Below are positions 1-12,563 of a stretch of 64,000 bases of DNA, piece after piece (position 1 is the first letter of the stretch; every line of letters begins with the position of its first letter). The notes beneath the pieces are model-generated. The model worked only from the letters and a program-made list of their open reading frames with translations. It had not been told where the DNA came from and searched no databases. The translations under genes and the position numbers were made by a program. Source of the stretch: Amphiscolops sp. MND2022. Taxonomy: Eukaryota. The DNA is taken from the NCBI GenBank assembly GCA_964187785.1, contig OZ076412.1:80354001-80418000 (forward strand). The letters are read 5' to 3'.

Positions 1-1100
1 CTTCGCTGTTATCGAATCTCAAGTTTTCGCCTTATCAAGGCACCATCCTTCAAGTGGTTCTTGAACTACATTCAAATTATTTCAATCTCAGAACAATCAA
101 CTTTCTGCGTGTGAGTTGGCTAAGAAGTATATACATGTAGAAAAATTGGGTATCGTAATGTAACTTCACTTAATTGTTTTTCAAATAATATTAATTACAG
201 CTGATTGCAAATTTTTGTCTCAAATTCACGCCTTCACGTGGTACGTTCATTGCAGCTATTATCTTGCTCATTATTTTCATTAAAAGCTATTGACTTCTGT
301 ATTCATCGATTCACTCAGCTTGCCATCACAGACTTTAGAATCATCTGTGAAGTAGAAAAAGTTTCATATATAGTTTCTTGTAGTTTCGGCACCACATTCT
401 TAGTACAGGTACACATTGTTTCTTATACATACTCCGCCTCCAAAACGAAAACCTTTTGACTTGGAAAACTTTTTTACGAATGAAAGAATTTGATACGGTT
501 ACAAACAAAGGTGTGACAGCGATAGCGGTAGCGTTTGCGACAAATTCAATCGTTAGCGAACATTTTTATTCGCTGAAAGAATTCAAAATTACCTAATGCA
601 ATAATTTAATGCGAATAACTTGACATATCATATTGGCTGTGGCTTGGCTTTTTTTCGAACGGTTATTCAGTGTGCCCGGCAATGTACAGAACCCAAGGCG
701 AACTAGATTTTGCCAAAAAAATTCTAAGTTTGTTATTTTCTAAGTACAATTCTGAAACTTTTAAATGTATATCTTGAAAATCAGATTTTTTAATTAGCGT
801 TAGCGATTAGCGAACCTATTTTATTGTAGCGATAGCGATGAAATCAAGCCATTAGCGATGTTAGCGATTAGCGATAAAATTGTTAGCGATCACACTTCTG
901 GTTACAAATATGTTTAATTTTTTGCAGAGTACCCGATTTTTGTAAAAGTTTTGTTTTCAAAATTAGCAAATTTCACGCCTGTTTAGAAAAATGTCACTAC
1001 TTCAACGCAAAGTACATCCACCATGAATCCAATGAGGAGCGAATTTAAACTGTCAAAATAAAAAACAGGATTATGTCGACATACTGTTATTTAAACCTTG

Positions 1101-1649
1101 TTTTTAGTCGGCGCATTTTAACAAAATGAGCCCGATATTACAGTGGCAACTTTTTTTCGTCAGATTACAGAATGTATGCGTAGTGGACACTTTTTACAGA
1201 ACTACTAAACTACTGGACCGGCAAACGGAAACGCATCTAAGTTAGTACAAAGGGCCCCTTTCGTGTACTCAATTTTCAACGAAAGATACAAAACCGAACG
1301 GCCCCTTTGAATTTTTTCGGCACTGTGCGACTTTTTTGGAAATTTTTTGTCGCCAAAGGGTCCCCCTTCAAGTTTTTTTGATATTTTGCAGCAAACTGAA
1401 GTTTTAAAAAGGCCAAAGGGTCTCCCCTTTCAAGTTTTGCGGTACTTTGAGACTGGTTCAAACTTCTCATTTTTCGTTTTCTTTCGAAAACTTTCCAATA
1501 TCTTCAAAGGGTCCGCCTTCAATTTTTTTGATATTTTGCAACAAACTGGATTTTCAAAAAGTCGAAAGGGTCTCCCCTTTTACAATTTTAAAACTTTGCG
1601 CTTTTTGAGCCTGAGATATAGCGCCGACTTTAGACGTTCCCGTCTTGTT
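1101..1649. mobile_element. Helentron-type non-autonomous element (HINE/DINE-like), family A copy
   Basis: Begins TTTTAGTCGGCGC...GCCCGA (hairpin) and ends GCGCCGACTT-TAGACG-TTCC-CGTCT-TGTT. Subterminal inverted repeat AGTCGGCGC/GCGCCGACT, terminal stem-loop, T-rich flanks, no TSD. Same ends at about 2179-2523, 2867-3424, 6341-6877, 7193-7709, 7949-8368, 16367-17530, 24037-24588, 29256-29670, 31391-31889, 33113-33622, 40698-41327, 44360-44982 and 53449-53954. Confidence 0.75.
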
Positions 1650-2059
1650 TATCTCCCGCGGTCCCTGGTGGTAAATAGAAACATGGTCCTTTGTTTCTGT
1701 TCTGCATAAGTGTTATGACGTAGCCTTTCCACGGTCGAATGGTTTAGAACATTTGGTGTCCGGAAAAACGTCTAAAACATGATACAATCCATAGAAAATT
1801 ACGATAACGTAGTCGATCCCGTGCACGGCGCTATCTTCCTGTTATTTTTTTCAAGTTGTAAGGCAAGTAAATGTTCGAAACTCAAAGGTATATACTAATA
1901 AACCAGGCGAAAAGTGATCAAAACTGAGTTTCAACTTTTAATCCACTGTTGAAGATTTTAAATGTATTCGAAAAAGATAACTGGACTGAAAAACGAAGCA
2001 TTGAGTAAACAAGACGCCCGCTAAGCACCGGGATATTTTCCGATAAAAATGTAACGCAT

Positions 2060-2128
2060 CAGCACGGGTTCGAACCCACGACCTCGTGTCTGCCAGGCAG
2101 ACGCACTGCCAACTGCGCCATGGTGACT
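2060..2128 (-). mobile_element. tRNA-derived SINE-like head
   Basis: Minus strand reads AGTCACCATGGCGCAGTTGG (A-box) ... GGTTCGAACCC (B-box); the acceptor stem does not pair. Confidence 0.55.
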
Positions 2129-2628
2129 AGAATTAACTAAATGGAGTAATGATGTGGAGGTTTGGCAGAATTAAAAAAAACAAGCCGGGAACGGCCCAAG
2201 TCGGCGCCATATCTAAGGCTCAAAAATAGCAAAAGGACTTCAAAGTGTCAAGTATTCTCTTCTACAGTACCCGCAAGAGGAAAAATTCGAAATTTTTTTT
2301 CAAATTTTTTTTGGTCCCCGTGAAGTCGCATAGTGCCGAAAAATGTAAAAGGGGACCTCAAAAAAGCCTAATTAACCTCTATCTCAAGTGCCAGTAGAAG
2401 TAGTGTGGCATTTAGTGTTAGTTCAAGGCAGCTTATAAAGCTTATAAAATCTGTCAGTTCGTTGGTCTTTAAAAAAGTCACTACTATAGTCTGCGTTTTT
2501 CTACGAAAAGCGCCGACTAAAAACGCAACACTGGTTATGATTTTCCTCCCCCATTATATGTGGGCGGAAAGTAAAAATACATACAGGGCGATGACTACTG
2601 TAGCATGCATTGCTTTTCCGGCGTAGAA

Positions 2629-2833
2629 ATGGCGGCGACGGATGTTTCGTGGCGTCATCATCGCAAGACGAAGGGTGCTGCTGTTTGTGAAGAAAGCCGT
2701 CTGATTGACAACAACAACACAATCACCACTTGCTCCTACTCCTTCCTCAAGGGAAAACTGGGAGACGACGACCACCAGGACAGTCCCGAACCAATGCAGT
2801 TCCACACAATAGACGAACCCAGACACTTCCAAG
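2629..2833 (+). CDS. Probable first coding exon of the HP1-like gene
   Basis: GC-richer unique island with acceptor cgtag at 2625-2626, gaaATGG start and phase-1 donor CAAG|GTTGGT. Phase matches the acceptor of the chromodomain exon at 8416. Confidence 0.5.
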
Positions 2834-5514
2834 GTTGGTTAATCTCTTCAGCAGTACTTATCTTACTTTTAGTCGGCGCCTCATGATGTGAAACGCGGCT
2901 GTACTAGTGACTTTTTATCAACAAACTTTTTTTCAACGAACTGACCAAAATGGCTCTACAAAGTTCTACGACATTCTAAGGTGTCAAGTTCGACAATACG
3001 GCACAAGGAACTGGAATATGAAAATTGTTACTTTTTCAGCATAACATGCAATACCGGGCGAGACTGAAGGGTCCCCTTTCAGTTTTGTTTGGCATTGAGA
3101 CTTTTTTCGGAAATTTTTGATGTCTCCAAAGGGTCGCCCTTTCAATTTTTGTGATATTTTGCGAGAATGGATGTTGAAAAATCCAAAAGGGTGTCCCCTT
3201 TTCCAGTTTTTTTTGCATTGTGAGTCTTCAAAAGTCTTCAAAGAGCCCCCCGTCGCCCTCTAATTTTTTTGATATTTTGCAACGGAATGGATGTTGAAAA
3301 ATCCGAATGGGTCTCAGCTTTTAGGTTTTTTAGCTACTGTAAAAGAATACTCGACACTCTGAAGTCTTTTCGCTGTTTTTGAGTGTTAGATTTGGCTCTG
3401 ACTTATGTCGTTCCCGGTTTGTTTGCACTTGATGTCAGTTTTGACGTCGCTAATTTAAAAATCGCTATTTCGCTGAAAAACTTCAAACTATTAATTGATT
3501 GAATTGAAGAAGGTTTTAAATATTAGCAAATGGTTGAATTTGGACAATCGATTAGTTGTCGCTTATTTGAATCGCTAATAGAATCGCTGGAAAAATCCTG
3601 CGCGGCTGCTAATTCCTTAAATCGCTGATTAGCGATGTCAAAACTCTGCTTCAGAAGCACCGTTTCATATGACTGGAGCAATGAGGGCTCACAAATAATG
3701 AACTGCGCTGAAATGGGACTCGAATCGCTACTTTACATGGATATCGATATCTTCCTGAGAATTTTGGGCTCGAATGTCCCAAAATTCTGGAAGAGAAAAA
3801 ACTAAGGAACTGATAAACATTTCATGGACGGCTCTCCAATGGCACAACGTAGGATTTTTTCAATTCATGCTTAAAAATATCACGACCGATGGTTTTGTCG
3901 AAAAATTTCAGCCGTACAGCTTGAAACATAGAAAACACATAATAAGAAATTTTGATTAGCTACTCCAAGTCTTTAGCTCGTTTGTTTGATTCTCATGCGA
4001 TGAAGCGAACGAGTGTTAATTGTTCTTTCGTACGCAGAGTTCTTTTAGCGAATGAGTGTTTCAAAAACATTTCAGATATTTCTGGAAAGTTTTCAATCTT
4101 GTGGAAAAAGTTATAACCAAACAAGCCGGTAAGAGCCAAAGTCAGCGCACCGCTCAAGGTTCGAAAAAGGAAAGTGTTTTTTGAGTATGCGATTTTGATT
4201 GAATCTACAGCACCAAAAATACCACAAGGAATACCCATAAGATTCAGAAACGGCTTCTTCCCCAATTGGAAACATCAAAGCAATTTTTTTCAAAGTTTTT
4301 TTCCCGAAAATTTTCTCTTCGGAAAAGTCTCATACTGCCGAAAAAACGGTAGGTTATTTCCACATATGTTGAGATCAATCTCATCAGTCACACAAGACCT
4401 AAAACCAACAAAGTCGCCCATAAGCTTTAGAAAACGGTATTTTTCAACAAAAACCTTAAAAAATTGATTCGAAAGACATGTTTCTTGTCTTTTAGTGCCT
4501 ATTTTTTATTAAAAAAAGACCTAAAAACAACAAAGTCGCCCATAAGCCTTAGAAAACGGTATTTTTTAATAAAAACCTGAAAAAAATGATTCAAAAGACA
4601 TGCCTCTTGTCTTATAGTGCCTATTTTTTTTTTGGGGGGGGGGGGCACCGAACCCACGTACTCCTGCATTCCAAAGCAACACCAGAATTGGAAGAAGCCG
4701 GGAACGGCCCAGATCGGCGATCAAGACACAAAAGTGTACCCAGGGGACGTGGTTTTAGTATCACTTGAATAAAGGTTTTTCGAAAATCCAAAAACGTCTT
4801 GTAGTTCTGAAAACTTGATCCTAAAGCTTTACATTGGACGCAATTTTGAGGAAAAAGTCAATGACGTTATACAAGGATTAAATACGTTATATCCGAACTT
4901 TGAAAAAATTACATCCAACTTTGGAAACGTTTTATCCGATTTGTGTACGTGTTAGATATTATGTATGTTCTAAGAAAGCGCCGAAAAATCATAGTTGAAA
5001 ACACCAAGGTAGTCAAAGGGGGACCCTTGGTGTGTTTGTGAGGCTCTAGTATGTTTGTAGGACCGTATTTCATTTTTTTGCAAGTTGAAGAAAATGAACA
5101 AACTTTATAGAAATATAAAATCTGTCTTTTCGTCGGTCGTAAGAAAATTAGCCTCTAAAATTGTCTGCTCTTTCTAAGAAACTCCTGACTCAAAACCATT
5201 TTGTGACCCCAAAAGCTCCACCTTTCAATTTTTTTAAAAAAACTTTCAATTTTAGTTTCAATTAACAGTTGGTTCAAAGCGTTCTTTGAGTCTCAAGCCC
5301 AATTGGGAATTTGTCAGCTTTGTGAAATCATTAAGTGAGCTTCTTTCAATAATTTTGATCCAGCATATTTGAACGATTAGGTTTTCTTGAGCTTCGAGGG
5401 ACGCTGATACGGTTCGTTTCGGCTTGTTAATATTTCAACGTGAGCTGGAAAATTGTAATGCCGGTACATTCTATTTTTTGCTCTCCCTCCTTTTTGGTTA
5501 CTCAAATCGTATTA

Positions 5515-5689
5515 CAGTGGATCCCGGATATAAGAAACTCGCTTATAAGAAATACCCGCCTATAGTCAATGCGTATCTTGGCTCCGATTGGCAATTTCAT
5601 TCCTTTTAAAAAACCGGATACAAGAAAGTTCGATTATAAGAAACACCAATAGTCGTTCCCCTGACGTTGATTATATCCGGGATCCACTG
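5515..5689. mobile_element. Tc1/mariner-type MITE
   Basis: TIR CAGTGGATCCCGGATATAA / TTATATCCGGGATCCACTG flanked by TA. Second copy at 19358-19531. Confidence 0.85.
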
Positions 5690-8415
5690 TATCACATTTT
5701 GAACAGAAGACGCAGTTTACTTCGGATATAACGTCAAAGGTTGGGATACAGTATGCTGGATCTCGTGGGAGCATTTTTTGAACATCGGTTCCTCTTTAGT
5801 AGAAAGCAATTCATATCGGATATAACGTCAAAGTTCGGATATAGAGCAATGATGTTAAATCTTCTCTCTTTAGTAAAACGCCATTTACTTCGGAAATCGC
5901 GTTCAAAATTCGGATGAAGCGTGCTGGAACAAATTGGTGCATTTTTTCGAACCTCCGCCTCCTTCTCAGTGAAAACTATATAGTTCGGATATGACGTCAC
6001 TGATTCGGAGATAGCGCAATATTTTCCTTTTCTTAGTGAAACGCGACTTACTTCGGACATATTGTCAACAATATGAATATAGCGTGCTGGCTAGCTTTAC
6101 CGTATGATCACTATTGATCCATCTATCCATCTGTTTTCCGTAAAAGTGGACTGATCAGAGCTTAGTGGAGGAAAAAACTAACAATTGTAAGGGTCGTGCT
6201 TTTTCTCCGAAAACGCCGACTAAAAATGCTAATGGGTCTCCTAGACTATGGTAACATGAAAGCCCAATTTTCGTTCTGGTGGGCCAGCGTAGGAAAGAGA
6301 TATGCAAGAGAATGGAATTGAGGTATTTGATCAAAAACATTTTTAGTCGGCGCCTTTTCCCTTAAGGAAAAAAGCCCGACTCTTACAGTGAGTAGTTTTT
6401 TTTTTCAGTTGACAATCTCACTCTGAGTGGTCCACTTTTCTTACAATCTTTGTTCACATTTGTTCACATTTGTTCAACTAATTTTCTGAGAAGCCGGAGA
6501 TCGTGGGTTCGATTCTCGCACTAAACCACAAATTTTTTAAGCTTCCAAAAGTAGATGCGTGACCAAAAGTTTTCTTTCGTTTAATTTTTTTCGATTTTTT
6601 CGGCACTATGCGACTTTTTTTTCGAAAATTTTAGGATTCTATCAAAGGGTAACCCCTTGCATTTTTTGAAGTTTTCGGTTTGTAAAAACGTTTAATGGGC
6701 CTGAATGGCCTCTTTTTGAGTTTTTCGGCATTGTGCGACTTTCTAAAAAAATATTTTTCGAAAAAAAAATTCAAATTTTTTTTTTGAAAAAAATTTTTCC
6801 AAATGTTTCCAATAGTTGTTCTTTGAATATTTTTGAGCCTTAGATATGGCGCCGACTTGAGACGATCCCGTCTTGTTCTTTCTTTTGGTGCCAAAAAACG
6901 TTATGGTTGATTACCGTGTGGATTTTTTGGAGTTCGTAGGAGTACTTAAATGTTTGGCAGGTTATGTAACTAACCGTCCTAACAATTAAGCTGGAATTTT
7001 TGGCCATGGAGGGGGAATGTTTGGAAGAAAGGACTCTGTTGGAATCATTTTTTTCATTTAACTAAATGAAAAATAACTACTGGATTGAATGAAGAGGTTG
7101 GTTTGATGAGGAAGGTAGCTAGGGTTTGCTAGAGTCCAAAGTCAGTTTGACTCATTCCAACATTCAATTTGTGCTATAGCACGTAATTTCTAAACAAGCC
7201 GGGAAGGCCCAAGTCGGCGCCATATCTAAGGCTCAAAAATAGCAAAAGCACTTCAAAGTGTCAAGTACTCTCTTCTACAGTACCCGAATGAGGAAAAAAT
7301 TTTCTAATTTTTTTCGAAATTATTTTGGAGTCTCCTGTAAGTCCCATGGTGCCGAAAAATGTAAAAGGCCCTTTGGGAGTTTTTGAACATCCATTCTTTT
7401 GCAAAATAGAAAATTGAAGGGGGACCCTTTGGAGACATTAAAATATTTTGCGAAAAAAGTCTCACAAAGCCGAAATAACCTGCACAAAAAAAATTTTGGT
7501 CAATGGCGGGACTCGAACCCACTTCCTTCGGCTTGGCAGACCTCAAAAAAGCCTAATTAACCTCTATGCCAAGTGCCAGTAGAAGTAGTGTGGCAGTTAG
7601 TGTTAGTGCAAGTCAGCTTATAAAGCTTATAAAATCTGTCAGTTCGTTTGTCTTAAAAAAAGTCACTACTATAGTCTGCGTTTTTCTACGAAAAGCGCCG
7701 ACTAAAAAACGTTGGAAAAATATCCGATTCAAATAAATTAGGGTAGCCCAAAACTAATAGCTAATCCATAATGACGTTAATTGGTTTTTAATTGGTGTTA
7801 TATTTTCTATTCTCAATAATCAACATTTTAATGAAAATTTTTGCTGTTTTCTACGTAAAATAGCATTCACCTACTTTTATGTAGTTTCCACGCTTACTTT
7901 TTATGCGTTAAAAAGTTGCTTTTAACGTATAAAGAGTAATTGTCTGTTCAGTCGGCGCTTTTCTAGTGAACAGAGCCCGACTATTACAGTGGCTAGTTTC
8001 TGTCTTTTTTTCATCTGACCAAATAGCTCACCCTGTATGTACCACTTTTTGTGCATTATGCACTTTTACCAAAAAGTACTCAGTACTTGATTTTGAACGC
8101 ATCCAAAATCCTCTAACTGGAAATACAAAACCCTTCCCAATTTTTTGGCACTAAGGGACTTTCCGCGCCCCCTTCTTTCGGCTTTGTGAGACTTTTCGAA
8201 AATTTTTAATGTCTCCAAAGGGTCCCTCCTTCATTTTTTTGATAGTTTCCAACAAACTGGATTTTCAAAAAGCCCAAAGGGCCCCCCTTTTACAATTTTA
8301 CAATTTTAAAAACTTAGCGGTTTTTGAGCCTTGGATATAGTGCCGACTTTAGACGTTCCTGTCTTGTTTTTACTTTACCAGACTGTTAGTTTAGTTCAAA
8401 ACTACTGTGCATTAG

Positions 8416-8693
8416 GTGCTACAACAAATGGAGAATCGGGTGATGCAAAATGCAACGCAGATGCCAACACTGACGCAGATGACGACCAAAACTCTCAGGA
8501 AGATGGAGATGGTGAAGAGTACGTGGTGGAAAAAGTGGTGAAGCGACGCTGCATGGAGACGGGCCAGTATTTCTGTTTGGTCAAGTGGCTAGGCTATCCC
8601 AGAGAGTACGACACTTGGGAACCCGAGGAGAATCTCATCTCTGTTGACAAACACGACGAGTTCATGGCATCGTTTACTCAACGCCAATACCTC
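8416..8693 (+). CDS. HP1: Chromodomain exon of HP1/CBX-like protein
   Basis: Acidic stretch followed by EEYVVEKVVKRR...YFCLVKWLGYPREYDTWEPEENL (aromatic cage Y/W/Y). Acceptor attag| and donor CTC|GTTAGT. Confidence 0.85.
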
Positions 8694-8724
8694 GTTAGTG
8701 TTTTCAAGAGGTTTTTTTTCCGAG

Positions 8725-9000
8725 TTCGGAAATGTTTTAGATTAGCAATTTTAGAAGCGCTGTTTATTGAAAAACTGAAGCCGTCTATCAACTCAAAAGG
8801 CGAACAAACGAGCCGCCCCCTGACCGTTCGAATATGACATGGATATTGTTTCAAATAAATTGTGACTTCCTTCCTTGTTTTATGTTATTTCATTTTACAG
8901 AATCTTTATCTCGTTTTATGACCTGCTTCAACAAAAGCATTTTCGTTTTACTTTCAGATAACTGATGATGGCTTTAAAGCCGAAAACGTTTTTATTTTTG
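8725..9000 (+). mobile_element. Penelope-like retroelement 3' fragment (GIY-YIG endonuclease C-terminus plus 3' region)
   Basis: LAILEALFIEKLKPSINSKGEQTSRPL* resembles the L.ILEAL.I...KP.IN tail of Penelope endonucleases; an AT-rich tract with a hammerhead-like core follows. Confidence 0.65.
8956..8997 (+). ncRNA. Candidate minimal type I hammerhead ribozyme
   Basis: AGATAA-CTGATGA-T-GGC(TTTAAA)GCC-GAAA-ACGT-TT-TTATTT: conserved core, short stem II, palindromic stem III, 6-bp stem I. Confidence 0.55.
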
Positions 9001-9825
9001 TTACCAAGTTATTACCCTTTGTTATTTTAGTTTTAACATTGATCATTATCCGTTACATGTTTTAGATTACTTTTAGATGAGTTTTTCTTGAGGTTTCCAC
9101 TTAGAAAAAGTTTTATGAACTTGAAGACCCCTCTCTGGGTTCTTTTTACGCTGTAAGATTTTTCAGATCCTGGGAAATTTCAAAATTTAGACCCTGAAGC
9201 GGGAAGCAACCTGAGCCGTTCAAGGCTTGTTATGGATTTTATTTGCGACTGTGAAAAAGTTTCTTGAGTCCCGGAGGATATTTTTCAAAAATGTTTGTAA
9301 CCCTTGCTATGGTACTTTCCGTGAACAACATCGAATTCATTTTTTTCGGATCGAGATTTAGAACTCTTCAAAAAAATTTTCTAATTTCTTTTGTTTATAA
9401 TTGCCCAAAACTTTGTTTTAATTGAGCCGAACATATTTTTCATGACAACTCAACGCAGTTTGCTCAGGTTTTTTGTCACGGAAATCACTCTAGCCGATTA
9501 TAGCCAGCATTGAATACTGATTAAACTCAGAAGTACAATTTTAGAAAAGAATTTGATGTTGATTTGGACACGTTTTTGCTTGAACTCGCACAAAATGAAA
9601 CAATAAACGGACTTTCGATTGTGATTCAGCACTGATCGGCAGCCATAGATTGGAGACACAATGATATGGGCTGAGTGAGTTTATGTAATCAATGAAGAAA
9701 CGTTTTTCATAACGACCGTTTTGTTGGAACTTCTTGCTCAGCCTTCATTTTCATCCTTGCAAAGTTCGCCTTCGTGCATGCAAGATACCATATGCATAAC
9801 TCTTGCATCCGAGATGCTTTGTTAG

Positions 9826-10307
9826 TAGGGCTGTGCAATTAACAGACCGAACTCGATTAACCGACCGAAGTTGTCAATAACCGAAACCGACCGACTTATC
9901 ATATAACCGACTTCGGTTAATTTTTTCAATCAATTAGGATGAAAAACTTTCTTTCAAATTGCATAAAGAAAACATAAATTATAAAGAATAAAACCGACTC
10001 AGTGCTTGAATTGCGTGATTGATTAACCACACTTGGTATACCAGCTACAGCAGTCCTAGCGAACGACATTTGGCCGACTCAGGCAACATTATCACTACGC
10101 GAAGAGAATCTCTGAGCCCAGAAACTTTCTGCAAACTTGTTTTTTTTAAAGAAAATGCTTTGAGTAAATTGTTCAAAAATGAAGGTAAAATTTACTGATT
10201 CACGCGTTTTTTTAAAAAAAATAAATAACCGACCGATTTTTTTAAATAAGCGACCGATTTTTTAAATAACCGACCGAACTCAAAAAGATGATAATTGCAC
10301 AGCCCTA
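9826..10307 (+). mobile_element. hAT deletion derivative with transposase dimerization-domain remnant
   Basis: TIR TAGGGCTGTGCAATTA with exact 8-bp TSD TTTGTTAG. Internal LGIPATAV..ER...SGNIITTRRESLSPE...LVFFKEN (frameshifted, about 10030-10157). Confidence 0.9.
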
Positions 10308-10319
10308 TTTGTTAGTTTT

Positions 10320-12150
10320 CCTTTGGAGCGAACAACGCCGTCCATGTCGTGTGGTGGGTGGAAGAGCCATCACTTCTAAATTTTCAGCCTACATTGACCC
10401 CCACAGATAGCACTTTTCCAGAGATTGGTCATATAAGATTCGTTGGCTACTTCCAAGGATTCAGTTTTGAAGTTGAAATGTGAATATTCTCAATCACAGG
10501 TTCATGATATATTGAGAAAACTTGTCTGGACGGAGGAAATGGTAAAACATTGTTTCTGTTATTCATCTGCGTTACCAGACTGTAAACAAAAGAGTCAATG
10601 TTTTTCGTTTGGATCAGGTGTGTTATTTGTGGCAAGTAGTGATACGCCGTCTTTAATACAGTCGTGAATAGTTGAAGCCTGGAACTGCTACAGACGAAAA
10701 TGAATGCTTCTTACACTGGTAGTTGAGTGATAAACTGTCCACTTTCTCACGTGTACTTACCATGTGAGAGGGAATCTCTACCTCAACCAACTCCTAGAGG
10801 AGACAGTGTCAGGTCAAAATACCGCAAGTCGAAATACAAGAGGTCAAAAGACCATCGGTCATAAAACCACAGAGTCAAATTACCAGACGGTCAAAATACC
10901 AGAGGATTAGGAAACCAAGTAACGTACCACGTGAAGTATGATTATTATTTCTTTCTAATACCGTAAATAAAAGACTCATTCAGAGCTAGATTATTCATTT
11001 CTAATTATTGCAACTAATGTCTACGAGTTGATAAACATAAATTAGTAAATAGTTATTGTCACTTTCGATTCTGAAAGCACTGAAATCGTTTTATACTGAT
11101 ATTTTTATTCATTTCAATAAAACTTTATTTTTCTATCTGGTATTTTGACCGTCTAGTAATTTGACCGTCTGGTAATTAATATGTGGAATTGCAAACCACC
11201 GTGTGCCATTGCTTTTTTTTCTTGCTAGTGTTGTAACAAGACAGAAAAGAACTTTACTCATTGCGTAACACAAAGCTATCAACGATCCTTTTTTGGCTTT
11301 GCTATTACACGTATTTCCGGAATTCAAAAAAGGATTGTTTGAATGGCAATCTTCATTTTGAGAATGGTAGTGTTCCATGAATGCTAGATATATCGGATAA
11401 CGACAAACTGCATCACCTTTTCATCTGTTCTCTCGTGGCATCTAAAATTGACTGCGAAACAAGAATTATAATGTATTCGCAATGTTTCTCTGAATTTATT
11501 GAAGCCATCTTCGATATTCTCCACTAAACCAGTATTTTGAAAAAAGAGGTGACTGCATTGTATTAAACTGCTGAGACTTCATTGCTTCGACCCAATTTTG
11601 GTATTCCTCGTCTAGTTTGTTTTCATTCATCCACAGGAGACAATGAATGTGTTGCAAATTCCCTTGTGTCGTCTGAAATCCATATCGCCACCAAATCCGA
11701 TCTACATTGCCCAATGGTTTCTAATGTCACTTTTCTATATATTCCTCAACTATAACCGAAACTCTCGCATGTTCTAACAAACAAACTCGTTGAAGACTGA
11801 ACAATTGCCCTCAGAGATTTTTTGACTAACCACCAAAAGCTTCCTTTGTGGTTTCAAACAAAGGCTTCTTTACACCGAAGCAACCTGTCATGTTGCAAGT
11901 TAGTGTAAAGAAGTAATCAGGGCTCTGTTTTCAGGGCATGCGGCGGCAACTTCCCCAACACATTTCGTTCCATTCAGTCGGTTCGATTGCATTGTTATTA
12001 CTGTTTGGCAGTCTCAGTTCATCATCATCTAGCAAATCCTCGAAGCCACGTATGAAGACAACATATGTGCTGTGAGCCTTGTTTTTTCTGAATTCATATT
12101 AAGATCAAAAGCTAAACTGGAATAATTCGAATTGGTTGATGGTTATAGAC
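10320..12150 (-). pseudogene. Decayed Helitron/Helentron Rep (HUH endonuclease)
   Basis: Motif 1 PDYFFTLTCN (about 11892-11921), motif 2 WWRYGFQTTQGNLQHIHCLLW (about 11627-11696), then an H..C...C..CRYP-like segment. Many stops and frameshifts. Confidence 0.75.
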
Positions 12151-12152
12151 TA

Positions 12153-12408
12153 CCCGCACTGAAAACCCAGGGAAATTCATCGTTTTTTTCCGAACCCTGA
12201 GGGTAACCAACCTTTGGGGACCTTTCATCGACGGCCCTCCGATGGTCCATCGGTGGCCCACCGATCCCCACCTATAGCCCATCGGTGGCCACCATTACCC
12301 ACCGGTGGGCAACCGCAAAAACTGTTACGGCCACCGAAGTGGCCACCGATGGAACTGTGGTGGAAGATCGGTGGCCACCGATGGATTTCCCTGGGTTGTC
12401 AACTCGGG
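12153..12408. mobile_element. MITE with CCC...GGG termini (CMC/EnSpm-like)
   Basis: TIR CCCG.A.TGA.AACCCAGGGAAAT with TA flanks and internal CCACCGATGG/CATCGGTGG repeats. Similar CCC..GGG elements at about 22789-23254 and 43435-44193. Confidence 0.65.
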
Positions 12409-12563
12409 TACCATTCGTTAGCCTACACCATAAATTGTCCGATAGTTGCAAATCCAGCTTTGATGTTCTGATTATCAAATTGGAGTGAAAAAGACGTCAG
12501 TGCACCTAATGATGTTCCGTGCTTGTTTGAAAGATATACTTAGGGAAAAGTATTGCTTCAGGG

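Noticed and set aside
1..240. Possible small exons (donor GTGAGT at 111; 201-240 bounded by AG/GT)
   Set aside because: Too short to assign; they could be UTR exons, but nothing else supports them.
1276..1709. Many 60-120 aa K/F/G/P-rich ORFs (KGPPF, KGDPL) across the window
   Set aside because: They are chance translations of family A and B repeat bodies.
2060..2128. Functional tRNA gene (also 15401-15463 and 28250-28312)
   Set aside because: A and B boxes are present, but the acceptor and anticodon stems do not form a proper cloverleaf; treated as SINE-like.
8331..8837. 168-aa single-exon chromodomain gene
   Set aside because: The TTG start lies in a HINE end and the tail is Penelope-derived; only 8416-8693 is exon-like.
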